A stretch of 64,000 bases of DNA from the NCBI GenBank assembly GCA_963816395.1, contig CAWFKQ010000007.1, positions 256,001-320,000 on the forward strand. Reading direction: 5' to 3'. Below, piece by piece: positions 22,459-33,912 of this stretch. The notes beneath the pieces are model-generated. The model had not been told where the DNA came from and searched no databases. It saw only the letters and a program-made list of their open reading frames with translations. Both the position numbers and the translations under genes were made by a program. The DNA is from an uncultured delta proteobacterium (lineage in GTDB: Bacteria > Desulfobacterota > Desulfuromonadia > Desulfuromonadales > JACZKF01). Position 1 is the first letter of the stretch. The number at the start of each line of letters is the position of its first letter.

Positions 22459-23850
22459 ATGAAATATTTAAGCACCCGCGGGCGGGTTCACGGCCTTTCC
22501 TTCAAAGACGCCGTAATGATGGGGCTGGCCGATGATGGCGGCCTGCTGCTGCCGGAATCGATCCCGGCCCTGACGGCCGGGGAAGTGGAGGCTTTGGCAA
22601 AGCTGGCCTATCCCGAACTGGCCTTCCAGATTCTTTCCCTGTTTGCCGGGGATATTCCCTCGGCCGATCTCAAGGATCTGGTCGACCGTTCCTATGCCAC
22701 CTTTACCCACCCGGAAATCACCCCGCTGGTGCACAAGAACGGGCTCTACATCCTCGAGCTCTTCCATGGCCCCACCCTGGCCTTCAAGGACATCGCCCTG
22801 CAGCTTCTCGGCAATCTTTTCGAATACCTGCTGAAGGAGCGGGGAGAGAAGATGAACATCCTCGGGGCGACCTCCGGGGATACCGGCAGCGCCGCCATCT
22901 ACGGGGTGCGCGGGAAGGAAAACATCCGGATTTTCATTCTCCATCCGCACCGCCGGGTCTCGCCGATCCAGGAACTGCAGATGACCACGGTGACCGACGC
23001 CAACGTCTTCAACCTGGCCATCCGCGGCACCTTCGACGACGGCCAGCGAATCGTCAAGGAGATCTTCGGTGACCTGACCTTCAAGGCCGAACATTCGCTG
23101 GGGGCGGTCAACTCGATCAACTGGGCGCGGGTGCTGGCGCAGGTGGTCTACTATTTTTACGCCTGGGGCCGAGTGCGGCGGGCGACCGGCTGCAACGATT
23201 TCTATGTCTCGGTTCCCACCGGCAATTTCGGCGACATCTTCGCCGGCTGGGTGGCCAAGCGGATGGGGCTGCCGATCCGCCGGCTGATCCTGGCCACCAA
23301 CGAAAACAACATCCTCTCCCGTTTCGTGCGCGACGGCGACTATTCCCTCGGCGAGGTGGTGGAGACCTTCTCCCCGTCCATGGACATCCAGGTGGCAAGC
23401 AACTTCGAGCGCTACCTGTTCTACCTGCTCGATCAGGATCCGGAGAAGGTACGGCAGGTCATGGAGGACTTCCAACGGCAGGGGCAACTCTCCTTCGGCC
23501 GCCGGGAGGAGCGCGAGCGGGTGGCGAATGATTTCCTCGCTCTGACCGTCAACCGGGAGCAGACCCTGGCCACCATCCGCGACTTCCACCGGACCACCGG
23601 CTACGTTCTCGACCCGCACACCGCCGTCGGCGTCCACGCCGGCCGGGAGTTGGCCGGCGGCGAGGCGCCGGTGGTCTGTCTGGCCACCGCCCACCCGGCC
23701 AAGTTCCCCGACGCCGTGCGCCAGGCGATCGGCCGCGACCCGGAAATCCCACCTTCTCTGGACGGCATCGAAGAGCGGGAAAAGCGCTGTGAGGTGATCG
23801 AGGCGGAGGTGGAGAAGGTGAAGGAGTTTTTGGCGGGGAATGCTTTGTAA
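22459..23850 (+). CDS. thrC: Threonine synthase
   Basis: MKYLSTRG, ELFHGPTLAFKD, ATSGDTGSAA, VPTGNFG, TAHPAKF. Confidence 0.95.
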   Translation: MKYLSTRGRVHGLSFKDAVMMGLADDGGLLLPESIPALTAGEVEALAKLAYPELAFQILSLFAGDIPSADLKDLVDRSYATFTHPEITPLVHKNGLYILELFHGPTLAFKDIALQLLGNLFEYLLKERGEKMNILGATSGDTGSAAIYGVRGKENIRIFILHPHRRVSPIQELQMTTVTDANVFNLAIRGTFDDGQRIVKEIFGDLTFKAEHSLGAVNSINWARVLAQVVYYFYAWGRVRRATGCNDFYVSVPTGNFGDIFAGWVAKRMGLPIRRLILATNENNILSRFVRDGDYSLGEVVETFSPSMDIQVASNFERYLFYLLDQDPEKVRQVMEDFQRQGQLSFGRREERERVANDFLALTVNREQTLATIRDFHRTTGYVLDPHTAVGVHAGRELAGGEAPVVCLATAHPAKFPDAVRQAIGRDPEIPPSLDGIEEREKRCEVIEAEVEKVKEFLAGNAL

Positions 23851-23859
23851 GGTGCGATT

Positions 23860-23929
23860 CTGGTTACTGGCGGTCACTGGTTACTGGTTACTGGCCGTTA
23901 CAAATGACGAATGACTACTGACAAGTGAC
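23860..23929. repeat. Heptamer arrays (CTGGTTA x~4; AATGACN x4)
   Basis: ctggtta ctgg..ctggtta ctggtta ctgg ... aatgacg aatgact actgaca agtgac. Confidence 0.7.
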
Positions 23930-23950
23930 GTTTTTCACAAACTACCACCA

Positions 23951-23991
23951 GAAACAGGAAAGCCCCCGAATTCCGGGGGCTTTCCTGTTTC
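23951..23991. terminator. Long hairpin terminator between convergent thrC and glnA
   Basis: gaaacaggaaagccccc gaattcc gggggctttcctgtttc. Confidence 0.85.
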
Positions 23992-24006
23992 TATCTCAGC
24001 TTTTAC

Positions 24007-25416
24007 TTAGCAGTCGAAATACAGCGCGAACTCGAGGGGTACCGGCCGCATGCGCACCGGGTTGACTTCGGCTTCGGTCTTGTACTCGATCCATTTCTCG
24101 ATCAGGTCCTCGGTGAAGACGTCGCCCTTGAGCAGGAAAGAGTGATCTTCGCGGAGGGCCTGCAGGGCTTCCTGCAGGGTGCCGGCGACATTCGGGATGT
24201 CCTTGAGCTCCTCGGGGGAAAGCCCGTAGATATCCTTGTCCAGCGGCTCGCCCGGATCGATCTTGTTCTCGATGCCGTCCAGGCCGGCCATCAGCATGGC
24301 GGAGAAGGCCAGGTAGCCGTTGCAGGACGGGTCGGGGGTACGGTATTCGATGCGCTTCGATTTCGGGTTGCTGGTCACCGGGATGCGGATGGAAGCGGAG
24401 CGGTTGCGGTTGGAGTAGGCCAGGTTCACCGGCGCCTCGTAGCCGGGCACCAGGCGCTTGTAGCTGTTGGTGCCGGGGTTGGTGAAGGCGCACAGGGCCT
24501 TGGCATGCTTGATGATGCCGCCGATGTAGTAGATGGCCGTCTTGGACATCCCGCCGTAGCCGTCGCCGGCGAACAGGTTCACGCCTTCCTTCCAGATCGA
24601 CTGGTGGCAGTGCATGCCGGAGCCGTTGTCGCCAAAGAGCGGTTTGGGCATGAAAGTGACGGTTTTGCCGTTGCGATAGGCGACGTTCTTGATGATGTAC
24701 TTGAACCACTGCAGCATGTCGCCCATGTGCACCAGGCTGTTGAAGCGCATGTCGATCTCACACTGGCCGCCGGTTGCGACCTCGTGGTGCGAAGCCTCGA
24801 CCCGGATGCCGACGCTCTGCAGCACCTTGACCATCTCGTTGCGCAGGTTGATCAGGGAGTCGGTCGGGGCGCAGGGGAAATAGCCTTCCTTGTGGCGGGG
24901 CTTGTAGCCGAGGTTGGGAAACTCCTCGCGGCCGCTGTTCCAGATCCCTTCGGCGGAGTCGACGGCGTAGAAGGACTCGTTGCAGGTGGAACCGTAGCGC
25001 ACATCGTCGAAGATGAAGAATTCCGGCTCGGGGCCGAAGAAGGCGGTATCACCGATGCCGGTCGACTTCAGGTACGCCTCGGCCTTGCGGGCCACGAAGC
25101 GGGGGTCGCGGGTGTAGCCTTCCTTGGTGATCGGATCGTAGATGTTGCAGATCAGGCTGAGGGTCGGCGCCTCGACAAAAGGATCGACACGGGCGGTGAC
25201 CGGATCGGGAATGATGGTCATGTCGCTGTTGTGGATCGGCTGCCAACCGCGGATGGAGGAGCCGTCAAAACCGAGCCCTTCCTCGAAGATTTCCTCCCCG
25301 AATTCACTTACCGGGGTAGTGAAATGCTGCCACACGCCAACAAAATCCAGAAACTTGTAGTCGATCATCTGAATGTTGTTGTCCTGCACGAATTTGACGA
25401 CTTCTTTCGGTGTCAT
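24007..25416 (-). CDS. glnA: Glutamine synthetase type I
   Basis: [41 protein letters not shown]. Confidence 0.97.
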   Translation of the reverse strand: MTPKEVVKFVQDNNIQMIDYKFLDFVGVWQHFTTPVSEFGEEIFEEGLGFDGSSIRGWQPIHNSDMTIIPDPVTARVDPFVEAPTLSLICNIYDPITKEGYTRDPRFVARKAEAYLKSTGIGDTAFFGPEPEFFIFDDVRYGSTCNESFYAVDSAEGIWNSGREEFPNLGYKPRHKEGYFPCAPTDSLINLRNEMVKVLQSVGIRVEASHHEVATGGQCEIDMRFNSLVHMGDMLQWFKYIIKNVAYRNGKTVTFMPKPLFGDNGSGMHCHQSIWKEGVNLFAGDGYGGMSKTAIYYIGGIIKHAKALCAFTNPGTNSYKRLVPGYEAPVNLAYSNRNRSASIRIPVTSNPKSKRIEYRTPDPSCNGYLAFSAMLMAGLDGIENKIDPGEPLDKDIYGLSPEELKDIPNVAGTLQEALQALREDHSFLLKGDVFTEDLIEKWIEYKTEAEVNPVRMRPVPLEFALYFDC

Positions 25417-25563
25417 GCATCTTTCTCCTTCGGAAAGAATTTTTGCCGCCCCAGGCGGGCGAGCAATCTCCAGAAACTGAGGGCCTATTTATCTCCGCCT
25501 CTTCGGTGTATTCGGATCAATTTGGCAATTTTTTATACGACACATTCAAGTGGAGCCGGACGG

Positions 25564-25703
25564 GTTTCCGATCCGGAAACGAGGGATTTTTCGTCGTGGC
25601 AAGGAAATCAAGGGATTGCGCGGAGGCGTACATCGGTACGCCGCACAAGCAAACCCGTAGATTGACGCCGCTACGGCGGAAAAGGACCGTTTCCGGGCGG
25701 AAA

Positions 25704-25704
<1 letters not shown>
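25564..25704. mobile_element. ~140-bp MITE-like element with imperfect terminal inverted repeats
   Basis: Left gtttccgatccggaaacgagggatttttcgtcgtggc; right end rc gtttccgcccggaaacggtccttttccgccgtagc; homologous copy at 12491-12629. Confidence 0.7.
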
Positions 25705-26171
<467 letters not shown>

Positions 26172-26277
26172 TTAAAAAGAATCTTGAACTCCATGGCAAC
26201 TGGCTGAAATAATGGCGACTTTCTGCGGACAAGGGGAAATTTACGGCAAAAAGTGGAGTTGAGAAAAACCCATACTG

Positions 26278-26931
26278 CTATTTTATTCGGCAGGGGCCAC
26301 GGCCCCTGCCCAGATCTTGGGCAGCCCCGACCCCCGCCTGATCAGCCGACAGGTCTCGCAGCAGGTCGGGGAAGGAATCGCCGGCGCACAGCCCGAGCCG
26401 CTCTCCAGCAGCGGCGGGATAGCGGCTGTTCCAACGGCACCAGAGCCCCCATTCCTCCTCGAAATTGGGCGTAAAAATACCGCTTCCCAACGCCATCTCG
26501 ATCTCCCCGGCATCCCAATAGCGGATTTCTTCGATTTCTTCCGGAGGAAATTGAAAGACGCCATCATGACGGGCGAAATAAGTGGCCACGTTCTCCGACT
26601 CGATCTCGTTGCGAATCTTCGAATGATAAAGGAAGGTCAAAGGCACGCCGTCGATCCCCAATTCCTCCCGCATCTCGCGGTAGGCCGCGTCCAGGTAGCT
26701 CTCCCCCGGCTCCAGATGGCCACCGACGCTGGTGTCCCAGCGCCCAGGCTGAATATCCTTATGGCGGGAGCGCTTCTGCAGTAGCAGCTGGTTGCGGTGG
26801 TTGAACACCAGGACATGGGAAACCCGGTGAATCAGCGCCGGATTGCCATGACAGTCAGCGCGCGGCGCCCGCCCGATCACCCGGTCATCCTCATCGACGA
26901 TATCGAAAATTTCGATTTTCTTCCCACTCAT
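26278..26931 (-). CDS. NUDIX hydrolase (IDI/YfcD-like)
   Basis: LLLQKRS..KDIQPGRWDTSVGGH..GESYLDAAYREMREELG. Confidence 0.85.
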   Translation of the reverse strand: MSGKKIEIFDIVDEDDRVIGRAPRADCHGNPALIHRVSHVLVFNHRNQLLLQKRSRHKDIQPGRWDTSVGGHLEPGESYLDAAYREMREELGIDGVPLTFLYHSKIRNEIESENVATYFARHDGVFQFPPEEIEEIRYWDAGEIEMALGSGIFTPNFEEEWGLWCRWNSRYPAAAGERLGLCAGDSFPDLLRDLSADQAGVGAAQDLGRGRGPCRIK

Positions 26932-26993
26932 CCAAAAACCTCGGAACAGCCCCTAAGCATACGTAAAACCGGATTAAGGAGCAATGAAAAAAA

Positions 26994-27169
26994 GAGGCCT
27001 GCGGCCTCAGGCTGGAGGCCTGCGGCCTCAGGCTGAAGGCACGAGGCTAGGGGCTAGAGGTGAAGACAAGAGGCCAACGGCAAACCTTGAACCTTGCTTG
27101 AACCTTGAAACTTGAACTTGACCTTCCCTCTAGCCTCGCGCCTCTAGCCTCTAGCCTGACGTGTAGCCT
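26994..27169. repeat. Composite heptamer repeat tract: 21-bp direct repeat x2, AGGCTAG arm, AACCTTG run, CTAGCCT arm
   Basis: gaggcctgcggcctcaggctg x2 (26994-27035); aggcacg aggctag gggctag; ctagcct cgcgcct ctagcct ctagcct (27130-27157). Confidence 0.85.
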
Positions 27170-27173
27170 CCGG

Positions 27174-28665
27174 CTAAACATCAATCTGCGCCCTCTGCAG
27201 CCGGCCGCTGTAATCGCGGAAGATGGTCTTGATGCGGGTGAAGAAGTCGATCGCGCCCATGCGGCCGCCGCATTCGGGGTGGCCGGAGCCGGAGTGCCGA
27301 TAGCCGCCGAAGGGCAGCTGGATCTCGGCGCCGATGGTGCTCGCATTGATGTACACCAGGCCGGTGTCGAGTTCCTTCTCGGCCCGCGCCGCCAGGTTGA
27401 CGTCGCGGGTAAAAATGGCGGAAGAGAGGCCGTAGCGGGTGCGGTTGACGATCCGCACCCCGTCTTCGAAGGAGGAACAGCGCAGCACCGCCACCACCGG
27501 GCCGAAGATTTCCTCCTGGGCGATGCGCATCTCCGGCCGCACCTCGGCGAAGACGGTCGGCTCGACAAACCAGCCGTCGGCCAGCGTTCCGTCGGTCGCC
27601 CTTTCGCCGCCGGTGTGCAGGTGGGCGCCTTCCTCCTGGCCGATGCGGATATAGTTGAGGATCTTGTCCACCGCCTTGCGGTTGATCACCGGGCCGACTT
27701 CCGTCTCCTGCTTCAGTCCGTCGCCGAGGCGCAGGCGGCGGGCGGCGCCGGTCAGCATCTCCAGGAAACGGTCGTGGACCTGCTCGTGGACAATGAGCCG
27801 GCTGGCGGCGGTGCAGCGCTGGCCGGCCGTGCCAAAGCCGCCCCAGAGGGCTCCCTCCAGGGCCAGTTGCAGATCGGCGTCGGGCATGATCAGGATGGCA
27901 TTCTTCCCCCCCATTTCCACGGCGATCGGCCGGTGCAGGGCCGCCGCCTGCTTCTCCAGCGCTTCCCCCACCGCCGAGGAGCCGGTGAAGGAGATCCCAT
28001 CCACCTGCGGATGCAGGGCCAGCGCCTCCCCTGCCCGTCTCCCCGTCCCCCAGCACCAGGTTCAGCACCCCCGGCGGCAGTCCGGCCTCCTGCAGAATTT
28101 CCACCAGGCGAACGGCGCATTGGGGGGTGTCGGAGGACGGCTTGAAAACCGCGGTGTTGCCGCAGATCAGGGCGGAGAAAATCTTCCAGGCCGGGATAGC
28201 GACCGGGAAATTCCACGGGGTGATCAGGGCGAAGACCCCGTGCGGCACACGGATTGATTTGGCGTCCTTATCCACGGACTCCGAGGGGACCACCTCGCTC
28301 ACCAGGCGCCGCCCTTCCCCGGCCATGTAATAAGCCAGGTCGATCGCCTCCTGGATATCCCCCAACCCCTCCGGCAGGACCTTGCCCATCTCCCGGGTAA
28401 CCAGCCGGCCCAGCTCCTCCTTGCGGGCGCGCAGCAACTCCGCCGCCCGGAAGAGGATTTCCCCCCGGCGCGGCGGCGGCAGGCTCCGCCACTTCGGAAA
28501 GGCCTCCCGCGCCGCCGCCACCGCCCGATCGACATCCTGCTGCCCGGAGCGCGGAAAGCGCGCCACCACTTCCGAGATCCTGGCCGGGTTGATACTCTCG
28601 CCGTATTCCCCGGTTGCCGGCGCCACCCATTCCCCGCCGATAAAGTTTTTCAGCTTCGCTGTCAT
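27174..28665 (-). CDS. Aldehyde dehydrogenase (frameshift ~28030)
   Basis: ITPWNFP, KPSSDTP; SFTGS, EMGGKN, GQRCT, QEEIFGP. Confidence 0.9.
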
Positions 28666-28767
28666 CGTTCAGGAATCCTTTCCTTTTGCGGCAACTTCCC
28701 GCCCTCTGAATATGCTTCAAGATTATCAGGGGCCACTCGATAATCCAGAGGGATTAACCTGTTTCGA

Positions 28768-30189
28768 TTAACGCAGGTAGGCGCCCCCTCCTGTGGATGG
28801 GAGGGGGCAATGGGTTGGGAGCCGGGTCGGCTTTAAAGAAGGGTCAATCAGGCATATTTCTGGTGCAGATCGAGGAGTTGCAGGATTCGTCAGATTCGGT
28901 TTTTCCGCCGGGAAGGAACAGGTTCCCCAGGCGGCATCAATGGCGGTCCGGGAAAGGACCGCGGATTGCCGGCGATAGGCTGCGCGCTCGAGGATCTTCT
29001 CGATGATGTCACCGGCGTGACAGGCCTCGGGAGGGATTCCCAGGGGCCGGTAATACTGGTTGATCAGATAGGACAAGGCGGCCGGGTCGTACTGGAGTGC
29101 GCGCCGCTGACAGGCCTCCTGGAAAATCCGTTCGAATTCCTTTTCCGTCGGCCGTCCGATGCGAATCCGGTAGCGGATCCGGCGCAAGGCGGCATCGTCG
29201 AGCAGGGCACGCGGCTCGTAATTAGTAGCGAAGATGACCAGCTGGTCAAAGGGAAGATCGAACTTCATTCCGTTCTGCAGGCAGAGAAAATCGATACGGC
29301 GGTCCAGAGAAACGATCCAGCGATTCACGATAGCCTGCGGCTCGACGGCCTGCCGGCCGAAATCATCGACAATGAAAAGGCCATGGTTGGCCTTCACCTG
29401 CAGCGGAGCCTCATAAATTCTGGCGACGGGGTTAAAACCGATTTCCAGCATGTGCAGGGTAAATTCACCACCGACCTTGATCACCGGACGCCTGACCGGC
29501 ACCCAGCGCCCATCCACCTTTTGTTCCGCGGCAACCCGCTGATGGTTGACCGGATCGAAAACGGTCATGATCTGCCCGCCGACCAGCAGAGCATGGGGAA
29601 TATAGACGACGTCGGGAAGCATGCCGCCGACGGTCTCGGCGATGGTGGTCTTGCCGTTGCCAGAGGGCCCGTAAAGAAAAACCGGCTGGCCGGCGGCGAT
29701 GGCCGGTCCCAACCGCTCGAGCACCTCCTCATCCAGGACCAGACCGGCAAAGGCGTCCCTTACCAGCTCCTCGTCTATGGGCATGCGGCGGAGGCTTTGT
29801 TCAGCGGCCTGCCGGCGATAGTCCTCAAGGGTCACCGGCGCCGGGCCGGCATATCTGCAGACCTCCAGCAAATCGCCTCCCCGGCTCCGCCCCCGGTCGG
29901 TGATGGAAAAACGGAAGGTGGTTTTATGATAGTCGAGGGTTCCCTTGACTTCCACCCATCGCTCCCGCCGCAGGGCCTCAACGGCCTGGTCCACCACCGC
30001 CAGCGGCAGGCCCGTGCTGGCGACCACCTGGGGCAGGGTAAACTCCCCCACCGGCAGGACCTGTTTGAGGATGAGATCGGCAAGAAACGGCAGGTCCAGT
30101 CCCGTTTCCTCGATACTTCTCGGAACAGCCGGCCCAGCGATCGGGCCCGCATCAGAGGACTTTTCGCGCTTTAATACCTGCCCTGCCAT
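28768..30189 (-). CDS. AAA+ ATPase with DDFGRQ motif
   Basis: Walker A GPSGNGKT, KANHG..IVDDFGRQ, FATN; C-terminus possibly extended by an error. Confidence 0.8.
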   Translation of the reverse strand: MAGQVLKREKSSDAGPIAGPAVPRSIEETGLDLPFLADLILKQVLPVGEFTLPQVVASTGLPLAVVDQAVEALRRERWVEVKGTLDYHKTTFRFSITDRGRSRGGDLLEVCRYAGPAPVTLEDYRRQAAEQSLRRMPIDEELVRDAFAGLVLDEEVLERLGPAIAAGQPVFLYGPSGNGKTTIAETVGGMLPDVVYIPHALLVGGQIMTVFDPVNHQRVAAEQKVDGRWVPVRRPVIKVGGEFTLHMLEIGFNPVARIYEAPLQVKANHGLFIVDDFGRQAVEPQAIVNRWIVSLDRRIDFLCLQNGMKFDLPFDQLVIFATNYEPRALLDDAALRRIRYRIRIGRPTEKEFERIFQEACQRRALQYDPAALSYLINQYYRPLGIPPEACHAGDIIEKILERAAYRRQSAVLSRTAIDAAWGTCSFPAEKPNLTNPATPRSAPEICLIDPSLKPTRLPTHCPLPSTGGGAYLR

Positions 30190-30564
30190 GGCCACCTCCA
30201 GGGGAAGAGAGAGAAGGATAGAATCCAATCAATATAATTAAATTTAATTTTACACTCCTAACACCAAAGTTGCAAACATTCCCGTTTGCATTCCTGCTTG
30301 GACCGGCATTGCCCTGCCGGCCGGAGTACAGCGCAGAAATGCCTTGTAAGGAAGCCGAAGCCGGGAATAAGATTGATGCCGTCGCAATAACTCACCAACT
30401 GCTGCGTTGCTGCAATTGCTCTCGCTGCTTCGACGTACGCATCATTGCTCGACAATTGCGCGCCTTGCATTTGGCGCTTTTTGCTTAGCCATCCGCATCT
30501 TGGCTTTCTTGCGAAAGCATCAGAATTGCGCGGTCGTTTTCATCCGCTTCCCGAGGAGCCGTCC

Positions 30565-31360
30565 ATGCCCGAGATCCACCCCGCCGCTTTTGTTGATCCC
30601 TCTGCCCACCTTGCCGAGGATGTCGTTGTCGGACCGAATGCGTTCATCGACGCCGAGGTGACCGTCGGCCGCGGCACCCGGATTCTGCATGGCGCCCATA
30701 TTGGCCGCTGGACCCTGATCGGCGAGAACAATATCATCCATCCGCTGGCGGTGGTCGGCCACGAACCGCAGGATCTCGGCTACCACGGCGAGGAAAGCCT
30801 GGACGGTGATCGGCGACGGCAACGTGATCCGCGAGGGATGCACCATCCACCGGGGGTTTCGCCCGGGAACGACCACCACCGTCGGCAACAATAATTTCTT
30901 CATGGTCAACAGCCATGTCGCCCATAACTGTGTCATCGGGGATCATGTGATCCTGGTTAACGGAGCCCTGTTGGCCGGGCATGTAGAGGTTGGCGATCGG
31001 GCCATCATCTCCGGCAACTGCATGGTCCACCAGTTCGTGCGCATCGGCGCCTTCGCCATGATGCGCGGCGGCTCCGGCGCCATCAAGGACGTCCCCCCCT
31101 TCTGCATCAATGACGGCATGAGCCGCCTGCGCGCCATCAACGTCGTCGGCCTGCGCCGCAACGGCTTCGACCCCCGCCGCATCCGGGCGATCAAGGAGGC
31201 CTTTAAGCTGCTTTTCCGCTCCGGGCTGCGGCTGCAGGAGGCGATGGCCCGGGTGGAGACCGAATTCGATACAACCGACGATGTCCGGCGGATGCTCGAC
31301 TTTATCCGCGCCAGCAAACGCGGCGTGGGGAGCGGGCGGGGAGTTGCGGCGGGGGAATAG
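30565..31360 (+). CDS. lpxA: Acyl-ACP--UDP-GlcNAc O-acyltransferase (frameshift ~30800)
   Basis: MPEIHPAAFVDP, hexapeptide repeats, EPQDL, IREGCTIHRG, SHVAHNC, HQFVRIG, DVPPF, INVVGLRR. Confidence 0.85.
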
Positions 31361-31429
31361 CTGTTGGGAGCGCCTGCCTCTGTGGGGTGAGGGGCGCAGC
31401 GCACGACGGCTCCTCCATTCTTTCGCACT

Positions 31430-31457
31430 TTGCAACCCCCCATTCTGATGGTATTGT
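31430..31457 (+). promoter_or_regulatory. Putative sigma-70 promoter, probably leaderless
   Basis: ttgcaa-16nt-tattgt with TG at the extended -10; ATG 7 nt downstream, no SD. Confidence 0.45.
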
Positions 31458-31464
31458 AAACCAT

Positions 31465-31749
31465 ATGGCAGCCAAGCTCCTTCAACGCTCCCGTTTTATC
31501 TATGCCGATGGAGCTCTGCGCGAAATGGTTCTTTGGGAGATACCACGCACGTCACATCACCCTTTTGGCCTGAAGTACCGCCTCTATTATGGAAATGCTG
31601 AAGGCAGAAGCGTTATCCGTTACGATAACGAACGCGGCAAGGGCGATCATCGCCATCACGGCGATATGGAAGAACAGTACACATTCCATGATGTAGAGAC
31701 TCTGGTTGCCGACTTTCTGAACGACATCCGAACGCTTCGCGGAGAATGA
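31465..31749 (+). CDS. DUF6516-like putative toxin
   Basis: EMVLW..P..GLKYRLYYG..RYDNERGKGDHRH; ATGA-coupled to an HTH gene. Confidence 0.75.
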   Translation: MAAKLLQRSRFIYADGALREMVLWEIPRTSHHPFGLKYRLYYGNAEGRSVIRYDNERGKGDHRHHGDMEEQYTFHDVETLVADFLNDIRTLRGE

Positions 31750-32117
31750 TCATGAAAGACAGAAAAATCAGCATCGGAATTAAAGGGGCAGATGAATCGG
31801 CCCAGGAGTTCGTCAAAGCATGGCGCCGCGCCGAGACCGGCCAAGCCGCCGAGGAGCCTGTGGAACGCCTTTACTTCCAGGATCTGGGCACCTTGCTGCA
31901 AGTTCTCACCCCGCGCCGTCTCGAGTTGCTCAGGGAACTTCATCACGCCGGGCCGACCAGTGTCCGCGCCCTCGCCAGGCTTTTGCGGCGCGATTACAAA
32001 AACGTGCATCAGGACGTAGAGGTACTCGAACGGGCTGGACTCATTACCCGCAATCCCGATCGTCGGTTGATCGCGCCATGGGAAAAGGTGATCGCTGAAA
32101 TCAATCTCGCTGCGTAG
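31746..32117 (+). CDS. HTH DNA-binding protein (HVO_A0114-like), putative antitoxin
   Basis: LTPRRLELL..SVRALARLLRRDYKNVHQDVEVLERAGLI. Confidence 0.75.
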   Translation: MIMKDRKISIGIKGADESAQEFVKAWRRAETGQAAEEPVERLYFQDLGTLLQVLTPRRLELLRELHHAGPTSVRALARLLRRDYKNVHQDVEVLERAGLITRNPDRRLIAPWEKVIAEINLAA

Positions 32118-32130
32118 GAAAACCCTGCCC

Positions 32131-32207
32131 GGCGATCTCATTCCCCGAGCGCGACGGACGCCGTGACATGCAGTCACTTCTACAGCGGCGGTTATTAGAA
32201 GCCTCCC
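32131..32207 (+). pseudogene. Internally deleted remnant of parE/relE
   Basis: attccccgagcgcg matches 34384-34397 and is joined directly to a near copy of the parE 3' end (34517-34571). Confidence 0.75.
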
Positions 32208-32218
32208 CAAGTTGACCA

Positions 32219-32369
32219 ATCAGGATCAACAGTTCACTACAGGAACACAGAGGAAATCCTCTCGGGAAAAAAGCTTGGGACACGGATTTACGCGGAAAAG
32301 CTCTGATAAGAATCTGATTTTTTGAGATCAGAACGTAATCCGTTTCAATCAGATTTGATCCGTGTTCAG
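32219..32369. repeat. ~150-bp direct repeat, copy 1 (internal palindrome acacggat..atccgtgt)
   Basis: Near-identical to 35647-35796. Confidence 0.92.
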
Positions 32370-32472
32370 ATACCTGCCAGCACCGTAATCCAATGGAAAC
32401 CGCCTTATCCGTATTGCATTCCTACCTTATCCCGCTTATAATCGGATTTCATTCCTATTCTGGAGCGGAATC

Positions 32473-33708
32473 ATGCTTGACGATCTCATCACACTTAGTC
32501 AGACTTTCCTCCGCATCCGCAACCGCGAATTCCAGCGATACTTCCTCCGCGATCAGCCCCTTACCAACCGCTTTTCCATTATCGTCGGGCAGCGCGGAAT
32601 TGGCAAAACAACAGTCATGGTCCAGCACCTGCTGGATAGCTACGCAGGGGATCTTTACAGTCGCAAGGCGCTCTACCTCCAGGCCGATCACTTTCTGGTA
32701 GTCCGCTCTTCCCTTTATGAAATCGCCGACGAGTTTTATAAGCTTGGTGGCGAGTTCATCTGCTTCGATGAAATCCACAAATACCCCGCCTGGTCGATGG
32801 AGTTGAAGAGCATCTGCGACACCTTTCCCAACCTGAGGATGTTGGCATCAGGCAGCTCGGCCCTCGAAATCACCCGGGGAACCCATGACCTGAGCCGACG
32901 GGCGGTTGTCTATCGAATGTTTGGCATGTCATTCCGCGAATATATCGGCATGAACCACGGAATTTATTTCGACCGTCTGCCGCTCGAGACCATTCTCAAT
33001 AGCCACCAGCAGGCAGCCGATTCAATCGTGGCGGAACTCGAAAAAAGCAACCTGAAGATCCTGGGCCTTTTCAAAGAATATTTAGCCAACGGCTATTATC
33101 CCTATTTCCGGGAGTATCAGGACAAAATCCAGTTCTACATGACCCTGGAGCAGAATATCCACACGACGCTGGAAAACGACCTTGTCTCTATCCACCAATC
33201 ATTGAACGGGGGGAGCATCAAGAAAATTGAAAAGCTCCTGTCGATCATTTCATCTCTTGTCCCGTTCACTCCGGATTTGAGACACCTCAAGAACCTGTTG
33301 GGGATCGGCGATGAACGGACTCTGAAGACTTATCTTAAATACCTTGAGGATGCGGGAGTGATCCTGACCTTATCCAGAAGCGGCAAGGGACTGAGAGAGA
33401 TGGAGAAACCCGAAAAGATCTACCTGAACGACCCGAACCTCTACCATGCCCTGGCCGGCGGCAGAGCGCCGGATACCGGCGCGATACGGGAAACATTCTT
33501 TCTTAATATGCTTCGGACCGGTCACGCCGTCACAGCTCCCGCCAAAGGGGATTTTCTGGTGGACGATACCTTCACCTTCGAGATCGGCGGCAAGGGTAAG
33601 GATGGCAGTCAGATCAAAAACATTGCGAACGCCTGGCTGGCGCTGGACAACACCGAAATCGGCCACGGCAACCGGATTCCGCTTTGGCTTTTTGGCTATC
33701 TTTATTGA
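32473..33708 (+). CDS. AAA_14/DUF4143-type ATP-binding protein
   Basis: GQRGIGKT, FDEIHKY, SGSS, KIYLNDPNL, FEIGGKGK, IPLWLFGYLY. Confidence 0.85.
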   Translation: MLDDLITLSQTFLRIRNREFQRYFLRDQPLTNRFSIIVGQRGIGKTTVMVQHLLDSYAGDLYSRKALYLQADHFLVVRSSLYEIADEFYKLGGEFICFDEIHKYPAWSMELKSICDTFPNLRMLASGSSALEITRGTHDLSRRAVVYRMFGMSFREYIGMNHGIYFDRLPLETILNSHQQAADSIVAELEKSNLKILGLFKEYLANGYYPYFREYQDKIQFYMTLEQNIHTTLENDLVSIHQSLNGGSIKKIEKLLSIISSLVPFTPDLRHLKNLLGIGDERTLKTYLKYLEDAGVILTLSRSGKGLREMEKPEKIYLNDPNLYHALAGGRAPDTGAIRETFFLNMLRTGHAVTAPAKGDFLVDDTFTFEIGGKGKDGSQIKNIANAWLALDNTEIGHGNRIPLWLFGYLY

Positions 33709-33912
33709 TTCACTCGCGAATCCCCTTCGTCATTCCCAAATGCTTTGTCGGCCATCCAGGATTTCAATAGGTTGCAAACTGAGTTCCCGCCCAGAACCGC
33801 TGTGGGAATGTCTATCCCGCAAAAAATCAGGGCAGTGACCCGGGTTTTCTTGAGCCATGCCGGACAGGTGGGATTCGCCGAATAAATTTGGTTCGAGTGC
33901 CAACAGTCAGCC

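Noticed and set aside
26994..27169. Possible CRISPR array in the repeat tracts
   Set aside because: Units are 7-21 bp and tandem with no unique spacers; no cas genes in the window.
28740..28765. att-site duplication of the tRNA-Val 3' end bounding the accessory block
   Set aside because: Only a weak match (agggattaacct vs agggattgaacct) and no integrase; insufficient.
30470..30515. Sigma-54 promoter upstream of lpxA
   Set aside because: TGGC..TTGC spacing is 7-8 nt rather than the required 10.
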